A DNA stretch of 64,000 nucleotides, from NCBI RefSeq assembly GCF_001194135.2, contig NC_069001.1, positions 37,968,989-38,032,988 on the forward strand, in the 5' to 3' direction. The position numbers and the translations under genes were made by a program. This stretch comes from Octopus bimaculoides (taxonomy: Eukaryota). Each line of letters starts with the position of its first letter. Position 1 is the stretch's first letter. A model generated the notes under the pieces. The model saw nothing but the letters and a program-made list of their open reading frames with translations, searched no databases and was not told the DNA's origin. This document shows positions 25,575-37,000 of this stretch, piece by piece.

Positions 25575-28500
25575 NNNNNNNNNNNNNNNNNNNNNNNNNN
25601 NNNNNNNNNNNNNNNNNNNNNNNNNNNNNNNNNNNNNNNNNNNNNNNNNNNNNNNNNNNNNNNNNNNNNNNNNNNNNNNNNNNNNNNNNNNNNNNNNNNN
25701 NNNNNNNNNNNNNNNNNNNNNNNNNNNNNNNNNNNNNNNNNNNNNNNNNNNNNNNNNNNNNNNNNNNNNNNNNNNNNNNNNNNNNNNNNNNNNNNNNNNN
25801 NNNNNNNNNNNNNNNNNNNNNNNNNNNNNNNNNNNNNNNNNNNNNNNNNNNNNNNNNNNNNNNNNNNNNNNNNNNNNNNNNNNNNNNTATATATTTCTCC
25901 AAATTTTTTTTCTCCGTGTTTTTCTCCTTGTCTCCGTATTCTTTCTGTTGAAGAGCGTAGCTCGAAACGTCAAAGACTTTCCGTATTCCCAAGCGTCATA
26001 CTAATATATACTTTTGTTATTTACACCACCTGTCCTCGTCTGTTGTTATTATTTTTCCTAGAGCCAACGACTTACTCGATAGTGATGGTCACTACCCCAC
26101 CACCCCACAAACTGTAGAAGACAAAGAGAGGAGGGGAGGCGAGAGAAAGAGAGAGTGAGGGAGGCAGGAGGCGCGGGGTGATAATGGACTGATCCTCATC
26201 AAACAACGTGGCCAGCTGTGACTACCTTTTTATGGTTTTATTGTATTATTTTTCCTCTGTTCATTGCATGGTTGTGTAGGTAATGATGCCAAGGTAGTTT
26301 GAAAAGCCAGGTGTTACCTTTCTGTCATTCTGATAAGCTAGGTGAGGTTTCAATACAAACCCTGCTGTTACAGCCATCACAGTGTGTTCACATGTCCAGG
26401 TAAGGAACCAAGTTCACTAGCATATGTGCAGGCGTGGTTGTGTGGTAAGAAGCTTGGTTGGCAACCACATGGTTCCAGGTTCAGTCCCACGGCATGGCAT
26501 CTTGGGAAAGTGTCTTCTACTATAGGCTCAAGCCGACCAAAGCCATGTGAGTGGATTTGGTAGACGGAAACTGAAAGAAGCCCATTGCGCATATACGTAT
26601 ACATGCGTGTGCACATGTGTGTGTGTGTGCATCTGTTTGTCCCCCACCACTGTCTGACAACTGCTGTTGGTGTATTTATGTTGGTATGTAGGTAGGGAGG
26701 GAGGGAGGNNNNNNNNNNNNNNNNNNNNNNNNNNNNNNNNNNNNNNNNNNNNNNNNNNNNNNNNNNNNNNNNNNNNNNNNNNNNNNNNNNNNNNNNNNNN
26801 NNNNNNNNNNNNNNNNNNNNNNNNNNNNNNNNNNNNNNNNNNNNNNNNNNNNNNNNNNNNNNNNNNNNNNNNNNNNNNNNNNNNNNNNNNNNNNNNNNNN
26901 NNNNNNNNNNNNNNNNNNNNNNNNNNNNNNNNNNNNNNNNNNNNNNNNNNNNNNNNNNNNNNNNNNNNNNNNNNNNNNNNNNNNNNNNNNNNNNNNNNNN
27001 NNNNNNNNNNNNNNNNNNNNNNNNNNNNNNNNNNNNNNNNNNNNNNNNNNNNNNNNNNNNNNNNNNNNNNNNNNNNNNNNNNNNNNNNGATGATGATGAT
27101 GATGATGATGATATATATATTTGAGTGCATGCATATGTCAGTGGGTGTGTGCATTTGCATACAGACACACACACACACACTGACATCCACACCAACAAAA
27201 GGATGTGTTGTTCTGTTTCAATATTGAATTTATTTTACATTCTTACGTCTTCAATAAACAAACCTTTCCCAAAAAGTTTTATCGCCACAAATCATTATTT
27301 AATGTTTGTTCGACAAATTCTGATGTAGGTGAACAATGACATCAATATCAACAAGAACAAGACACACACACATCAACAACAACAACATTCTTATTGAATT
27401 TCTGTAATGGAAACATAAGCAGCAGATGGCAACATAGATATTATAAGACATGAAAGCTGCATATATTTTAATATTGGATGAAGAAATGGGTGATGGGTTC
27501 AGAAGTTTGTTTTATAACAATGCTGTAATGGGTTCAATTCCTTGGCAAAGCAGCATCTTGGCTAGAGGTCTTCTGCCATAAATCTTGGATTGATTTATGA
27601 TTGAAATCTGAGAAACAGGAATTTGATGGGGAAGAGATTGCCATTCCTGTTTTTGGTTGGTAGTTTTAACCCTTTGCCTGCCGTATGTGTCACATGTGTT
27701 GCACAAGGCATATTTCCCTGATGTTCCTGCATCATTTTTAATACAAATTTCCAAATATTTTTAAATTGCTAGAATAATTTGAGACTTGCAAAAGGAAAGC
27801 TTTATGCAACTCAGAACATATGAAACAAAGGCAAACTAAAAGTCTGGAAACAAGCACAGATTTTTAGGACAAAGCTATGAAAATGTGTTAGACAGGCAAA
27901 GTCTTAAATGTCAAACAATTGTCTCCATAGCTTGTGAGGGGCTGTGATTGCAACAGGAGCCTGATGGTGCGGTTAACCATTTGCCTGTCACATCTGATAC
28001 ACAGAACATATTTGCTTGATGTTCATGCATCACATACAATACACATTTGCAATTATTTCCCCCCCACCAGAGTAATTTGGGACTTGTAAAAGGAAAGCTT
28101 TATCTTACTCAGAATGTATGAAACAAGAACCAACTAAAAACAAGGCTGAAAACAAGAATGGACGTTTAGGACAAAGTTTCGAAAATGTTTTGGACAGGAA
28201 AAATCTTAAATGTCAAACAATTGTCTCCATAGTTTGTGAGGGGCTGTGATTTCAGTGGTGGCTTGAAGCTGGGGTTAACCATTTGCCTTTCACATACGAT
28301 ACACAGGTTACAGTTCCCTGGTACCACGTATGATACTCACTCTCCATTGTTCTTTTTTTTTAACCATTTGAGTAACTTTGGATTTATGAAAAGGAAGCTT
28401 TATATAAGTCAGAAGGAATGAAAGAAGGGCTGACCAAAAGTTTGAAATACAAGAATGGATATTTAGGAGAGATTTATGAGAATGCTTTAAGCAGGTAAAA

Positions 28501-29280
28501 AGGTTAATCTGACATAGATTTAACATCACTGCTTGGTCCTTTGGCCGAAGATGGAATATCTTTGACCACTTTGATCGTATGTCTACCTGACCAACGCTGA
28601 TCTGGAGCTGAACAACAACAACAACAGGAAAAAAAAAAACTACTTGGTTAATCATTCTGTTAGAAATAACAACCAAATTTCTCTGAAACACCAGCATGCT
28701 GTGTGAGAAAAGAAGGACACATTGTTACAGGAAGAGAGAGAGAGAGAGAGAGAAACAAATGGGACAGTCATGGACGGAGCGTTTTTGACTATATGTTTGC
28801 TCATCAATCAGGGCTGACCTGGGATGGAGATTATACAACAACAATAACAACAAAAGCAACAATAACCCCACTAACAACAAAAACATTAATTACAACAATA
28901 ATAAAAGTAACAACAACAACAACAACAAGGAGAATGTGTAAAAGAAGCAAAACCTGCAAGATTCACGGATGTCGTGTAGAGATCCTGCTCAGAGATGCGG
29001 GTACGATTATCCTCCTGGCAGAAATCCCTGTAGAGGGGAGCATCACTCACTGTTACTGGAGTAAGCAGCATGTCCACACCATTGGCAAACACTTGATGGA
29101 AGTCAGTGGTGATGAGTCGGCGGAGTTTCATGGATTGGGCCACATATTTGTTGTAGTTGCTGTAGCATGGACAGTACAGAGAGAAAAAGAGAGAGAGAAA
29201 GGGATTAAAGTTGATGATATATTTGATGAAATATATATTTCATCAAATACATATATATATATATATATACATACAAGTAT

Positions 29281-29361
<81 letters not shown>

Positions 29362-32155
29362 TATGTATATATATAGTTGAACAAACTGTTCCTAGGACTT
29401 ATTTCTTCTTCTTCCTCCTTTCCTTCTCCTCCTCCTTGTACTTCACTTTTGTTTCCTGATCGTTTTCCTCCCTGCTCCTTCCCTTTTTCTCCCACCCACC
29501 ACATCATATCCACCCCATATACTCACCCCGCCTCCACACTTTTAACTTTGTTCTTTCTTTCTCCCCCCCACCAATAGTTCCCCAACAACAAGGTCTGAAG
29601 GACGCACAATGTAACAGTACACCTTTGATGGATGCAGGTCTGAGGAAGATCCCCTCCATTCTCTAAAACCCCAAGTATTACATGATAGAATTTCTGCGTA
29701 AACTGGCATCACAAATGGAGATGGGAGGGAAACATGTGTGACTAATAATTGAAGAGGGGTCAAAGAATTTTCCTTGTCTTCTTTTCATTGGATTATTTAC
29801 TCTTTGCCAATCCATATGATGGTATAATCATCATGAAACTTGGATTTCCTACACCAGAAGTATTCCAGCCTTGGTTTGGATCCTGACAGTGTTCATAGCC
29901 CAGCATTCAGGTCGAGTACTTCTCTGGAAAACCCCCCAACTTCACATCCAACCTGACCGTAGCCATTTGCTCTCTCTCTCTCTCTCATAAATATATGGTT
30001 AGGGCAGCGGACTCGTGGTCGTAGGATCATGGTTTCGATTCCCAGACCGGGCATTGTGAGTGTTTATTGAGCGAAAACACCTTAAAAGCTCCATGAAGCT
30101 CCTGCAGGGGGTGGTGGTGAACCCTGCTGTACTCTTCCACCACAACTTTCTTTCACTCCTTCCTGTTTCTGTTGTGCCTGTATTTCAAAGGGTCAGCCTT
30201 GTCACACTCTGTGTCATGCTAAATCTCCCCGAGAACTACATTAAGGGTACACATGTCTGTGGAGTGCTCAGCCACTTGCACATTAATAAATGAGCTGCAA
30301 CGTCACTAATGCCAAGCTGTATCGGCCCCTTTGCCTTTCCCTTGGATAACATCAGTGGCATGGAGAGGAGAGGCCGGTATGCATGGGCAACTGCTGGTCT
30401 TCCATAAAAAAAACCCTGCCCAGACTTGTGCTTCGGAGGGTAACTTTCTAGGTGCAATCCCATGGTCATTCATGACCGAAGGGGGTCACAACAACAACAA
30501 CACAACAATATAAATAATGTAAATATATATCTTGAAATACAATACTTTATACATACATTGAAGCCAGGATGCTGTACCAAAGAAGTGTGTATATGATTAA
30601 ATTATAATAATGGACCAAAAGAAATAGCAGTTGAATCTTCCTCCAATCACAACTTAAATACTCAACCTGTTAGAAATAGCAGCCAAATCTACCTTACAAC
30701 ATAACCTAGCGACTAAACATCCTAAAAATTGGAGTCATATCCTCCTCTGATCACACAACCAACTAGAAGTTGCAGCTAAATCACCCTCGAATCACATGCA
30801 ATCTGCAAAGACATCATTAAAATCTCCCTCCAGGTGCACCCGACCTGCTAGAAATAGATGCAAAATGCCCTTTCAGTTACACCTTGCCTCCGCAAAAACT
30901 TTCAGAAACAGCAGCCAAATCTACTTCACATTATTTACTACCAAATGAAAATAGGAAGGACACATTAGGAAAAATTAACCCAGAGTGTATATATATACTA
31001 TGCCTGAAAAACAAAGACTAGATGGTCACATATGGAGTGTGTTAGTTAATTGGTCAGATGGATCAGGTCTCACATAGGAAAACAACAACAACAGCAGCAG
31101 CAGCAGTAGCAGCGATGAGACAAAAGTTTTCCATTACCATAACTGTCTTTGAAACATCTGTTACACTGTGTGAATGTGTGTGTGTGAATGCGTGTGTGTG
31201 TTTGTGTGTATTTACACACATACGTATGCTTAGAAGTAGGCTCTGTGTATTGATTTTGTACACACACATGCAAATATATATATGTGTGTGTGTGTGTAAG
31301 TGTGTGTAGAAAATCAATACATAAAATATACTTCTAAACAGTAGTTCATGCTACACATAGACCATCAGAACACACACATACGCATACATACATGCACACA
31401 CACACATACTACATGAAGCACAAGTGTGGCCCAGTGGTTAAGAAACTTACTTCCCAATGACATGGTTTCAGGTTCAGTCCCACATCACAGCACATTGGGC
31501 AAGTGTCTGTCACTACTGCCATTGGACCGACCAAAGCCTTCTGGTTGGATTAGGTTGGCAGAAACTAAAAGAAGCCTACCATGTGTGTGTGTGTGTGTGT
31601 TGTCTTTTACTTGTTTCAGTCATTAGATATATACACACACACATATATATATACGATGGGCTCCTCTCAGTTTCTGTCTATCAAATCCACTCACAAGGCT
31701 TGGTCGGCCCAAGGCTATAGAAGAAGACACTTGCCCAAGGTGCCACGCAGTGGGACTGAACCTGCAACAATCATGTGGCTGGTAAGCAAGCTACTTACCA
31801 CACAGCCACTCCATGTGTGTGTGAGTGTGCATGCTTGTGCCTCTTGTAATGAGCCCCTGAAAGAATGAATGGCAAAACTGTCTAAGGCAGGGTTTGAACT
31901 CAGATTATAGGAATAAAAACTGCAAAATACTGTGTCTTGCATGTTGACAACTCTAAACACACACACCCTATCACAACCGCTACCACACTACATTCTACAG
32001 GTACACTACAACCACAACAGTCTATGCTATACATGCATACAAACACACAATGAATTACATCAACACACACCCACACACACACAGAGCAACATCTGTCACA
32101 CTGAGTAATCAAATATAAAATTTAAATACTAGGATATAAGATAATGTAGTGGTGG

Positions 32156-32189
<34 letters not shown>

Positions 32190-32841
32190 GGTGGTGGTGG
32201 TGGTGAAGGCTAATGAGTCAGCCTTCCCCACCTCCGCCCTCCTTCCACCTTCATTTTTGTATTTTGGGTTTTTCATTTGTTATCTTTTACTTGTTTCAGT
32301 CAGTGGACTGTGGCCATGCTGGAACACCACGCTGAAGAGTCTAGTCGAGCAATTTTGACCCCAGAACTTATTTTCTAAGCTTGGTACTTATTCTATCAGT
32401 GTCGTTTGCCAAACTGCTAAGTCACAGAGACAGACAAACACCAACTGTCAAGCGGTGGTGGGGGACAAACACAAAAACACAAAAACACATACATACATAC
32501 ACACATATATATACAATGAGCTTCTTTCAGTTTCCACCTACCTAGTCCACTCACCAGGCTTTGGCCAGCCTGGGGCTATTGTAGAAGACACTTGCCCAAG
32601 GTGCCAGGCAGTGGATTGAAACCCAAGACCCTCCTTACTAACCAGCTGACCATAAACAGAATATAAATTTATGACAGGTTTAAACTGTAATTCTGTTACC
32701 TTTTTAGTAAAAAATAATTGCCGGCCAGAATCCTTCCTCGGACAACATCGTTGAAACCTTGGTGCCGGCTGGTGGCATACAATTGCTCTGTGGAGGCCAT
32801 AATATTAGCACGGTGACCTGCAAAGATTGAAGGTAAACAAT

Positions 32842-32882
<41 letters not shown>

Positions 32883-32892
32883 NNNNNNNNNN

Positions 32893-32946
<54 letters not shown>

Positions 32947-33981
32947 ACATACCTATATCATCATTATTATTTAACATCCATGAGGATTGCACGAGGCCCC
33001 AGGTGTCTGCTTTGGCTTGGTTTCCATGGTTGGGTGCCCTTTCTGACACCAACCACTTTACAGAAGGTACTGAGCACTTTTTAGGTGGCATCATCATCCT
33101 CATCATCATCTTTTCCATGCTGGCATGGGTTGGCTGGTTTGACAAGATCTGGCAAGGCCAAGGGTTGCACCAGGTTTCATAATCTGTTTTGGCTTGATTT
33201 CTACAGCTGGTTGGCCCTCGTGCTGGTGGCACGTAAAAGCACCCACTACACTCTCAGAGTGGTTGGCATTAGGAAGGGCATCCAGCTGTAGAAACTCTGC
33301 CAGATCAGATCGGAGCCAGGTGCAGCCATCTGGTTCGCCAGTCCTCAGTCAAAGTGTCCAACCCATGCTAGCATGGAAAGCAGACGTTAAACGATGATGA
33401 TGATACACACACATATATGTAGACTGTATGTTGAATGTATAACGCATGTCTCTAGATAAATATGTACACACACACACATTTGTGTCTGTGTTGAGGCTGT
33501 ATGTTGAATGTGTACTGTGTGTAGGTGATATGTATGCCTCTTGTATATATGGTGTGTGTGTAGCTACAAGTAAGACAGAGAGAAGAGAGAAGAGAGAGTC
33601 ACAACTTACCATATTTGATTCCATCATATCTTGCCATGTTGGATGCCACCTCACAACAACACAACACTACATAACAGCTTGAACCGTAATTGAAGTGTGG
33701 TAATGATACATCTACTACCTTGGCGCCAGCCCTCTCTAACTGGTCTGAAACTCTTGTCCATTCCTCAATTATCTCTGAAGAAGCCGCAGACAAGTAAGCT
33801 TCCTGCAAACACAAAAAGTGCCAACGTTTGGGTTATTTCATTAAGAATTTATTTTAATCTTTTCGTTGTCATATTTCGGTTGAAATGCTCTGGCTTTGTT
33901 TCAATTAATTTTGAAAATATTAAAATATTGAAGAATTTAGTAAAGAATATATATATATATCTATATCTATCTATCTATTTA

Positions 33982-34025
<44 letters not shown>

Positions 34026-37000
34026 AATATATATATTGTGTAAGAGATGGGTTGACCAGATATAAAAATTCATAAAAATGTCAAAAGAAAAGAAAATGTA
34101 CTTTACCTTAGGAATGCCCACTGTTATACCAACCATTGAGGGATGCTCATCAATGGAGAGTGGCTGGAATTTATTGGTCACTGTAGTGGAGTCTTTGATG
34201 TCATGACCTCTCAAAATATCTGAAATATATATGATGGATGGTGTAACATGTATAGGTATACATACAGACAGACAAACATACAGACAGACAAACATACACG
34301 CATATACATATACATGTATGTATGTATATTAAGTTGGAAAGAAAGTCCTGTTGCTACTCACTGAATATTAAGGCAGCGTCATCTACTGTTTTAGCCAGGA
34401 TACCAGGGACATCAAAGGAGTTGACGAGAGGGATCAGCCCATATCTTGATAAACTGCCATAGGTTGGCTTCAGACCAACAATGCCACAATATGCAGCAGG
34501 GTTTCTAGTTGAGCCTCCAGTATCTGATCCTAGGGCCCTGGTGTAAAGAAGAAAGGAAGAAAAAATGAGAAAGAGAAAAATAGTTTTGTTAAATAAGTAG
34601 AATATGTGCTGCTGTGAAGGTTTAATAAAGCTGAAACATGTACAGTTCTTCCCTCCCCTCCTCTCAATAAGGGTGGCTCTGCCATGCATTTAATTTCTAA
34701 TTAGCATCCCTATATTTTTCTTGTCCGTCTGTGTCTCACCCCACTCTCTTTATATATATATATGTCACAAAAGTGACAGAGGGTACTAACTAGTATTGCT
34801 TTTGCTAAAAATAAGAGTTAAAACTCCAAAGTCACAAAAGCGCTGTCTTAATGACTGGCAAAGGGAGGTAAGTTAATAGTGTACCTAGATGGATCCCAAT
34901 TTCAGATTTTGATGGAGACCATCTTAATCCTCATCAGCAACTCTTAATGCCTAGGGTTAAACTCAACATATTCTGTCAGTCTTATAAAATTTATCTCCCT
35001 TTGAGACAGTGCTTTTGTTTGGCTTTTGAGTTGTTTTAACTCTTATTTTTAGCAAAAGCGGTGCTAGTCACTACACTCTGTCATTTTTGTGACTTCTTTT
35101 AATTTTGGTTTTGGCTTCTAATTGCTAATAAACCACACCTTTTAATTTGTTGTTTACACTTTTACCATTTTGAAAATCAGCAAATGTTTTCAACGGTTTT
35201 TCTTATAAGACTGATGGAAGTAGTTGAATTTAACCCTAGGCATTAAGAGAAATTGGATGTCTTACCCAAATGCAATTCCTGAAGCCACTGCGACAGCGCT
35301 CCCACCAGAACTTCCTCCAGTAATGAACCAATCCTCATCATCCAGCCACTGTTTGTGTCGCCTTTCATGGCTTAACAAGTTGTCTGTCTGTTGGTCCCAT
35401 GACCTCTGAGGAGGGGCCGAGCTGTCCTTTTCCTCATTTCCTGAGATGGTAGGTTGGATAGGTTTATCATTGTTACTCTCTAAATTTCCTTTCGGACCAG
35501 TCAAATGTTTGGTGCTGGAGCGGTCAAATGGATACTTCCAAGGATTCTTCACTGGCCCAAAATGGCTATCAATGCTGCCGGCCCTGAAAGTAGAAATATT
35601 CCATTTGATAACAAAATAAGAAAGAAACAAGATTTCAAGAAGAAAATCAAACAAAATTGAAAGACAAGACACAAATTTTCTCAGTTTGATCTTTGGGAAC
35701 TGTTGTACCCTTAGATCACAGATCTGTGGAATTACGCAACTGAGGCAGTGAATCATCAGAGTTTAATTAAAGTGTTAAGAAGGATCATCATCGTATGAAA
35801 TCCACTTTTCTGTGCTGGCATGGGTTGGACAGAATTTGTTGAGGCAGATTTTCCACAGCTGGATGCCTTCCCTGTCACCAACCCATACCTGTTTCCTGGC
35901 AAAGTATCTTCCGGTGGTCAGACATGTTTTTCATTGAAGACTAGAAACAAACAACCCCGGCTGTATGATGGTGATATTCGTTTACAACCATCACATGATG
36001 TCAAGACACACATAAACACACAGAGGCATTCATACATATACACAACCACATCTTACCCATGCCAGCATGGAAAGTGGACATTAAATGTTGATGTCCAGCA
36101 GCAGGCTTTTTACAGTTTCTGTCCACCAAATCCATTCTAAAAGGCTGGCCTGAGGCTAAGTGGGATAGTTGGACCCAATGGGAATGCCTTGTGGTGTTTG
36201 TTCCAACATTTTGCACTTTGAATTCAAGTCCCACCGAGGTCAACTTGGCTTTACATCCTTTCAAGGGTTAGAAGAACAGTAGCAATCACAGGTGGTGGGT
36301 TAGTGGGACTAGATACCTTGTGGTATTGGTTCTGGCTCTTTGAAATCATCATCATCAGTATTGCAATAACACTACTTACCCCATGGCAAACTCGTCCATG
36401 TTTGTCTTACCAATTATGGTGGCACCTTGTTGCAGTAATTTCTCTACAACTGTGGCATTGTAGGGTGGCATGTAATTGTGCAACATTGCTGAGGCACATG
36501 TTGTCCGTACACCTTCTGTACTAAAGTTGTCCTTAATGGCAAAAGGCAGACCTTGAAGTATCTTGGAGCAGCTGGTCTCTGAAATGTACATGCAGAAGAA
36601 CATTATTATTATTATTATTATCATCATCATTATTATAAGTATTATTATTATTATTATTATTAAGGTGGGGACCTGGAGGATTGTTAGCACACCCCGAGTA
36701 AAATGCTTAGTGGTATTTTGTCCTTCTGTACGTTCTGAGTTCAAATTCTGTCATCCAAACATTGGATTTGTTAGTTTCTATCCAGTCTCCCTGGCAGATG
36801 TTTGTGCCGAATGTGACTTTGGAGTCCAAGTCAGTGGTGAAAGAGTCATGGGCAGAATTCACACAGGGTGGTCAGTGCAGGTCGAGGATGTTGAAGACGC
36901 TCCTTTCTTCTCCTGTGCTTTACCTCCTCATTCTGTTGTCTGTTCTGCTCAAAGGAGCTGGCTCCATTGTGGATGGCAGTCCTCCAGTCCGTCCTATCCA

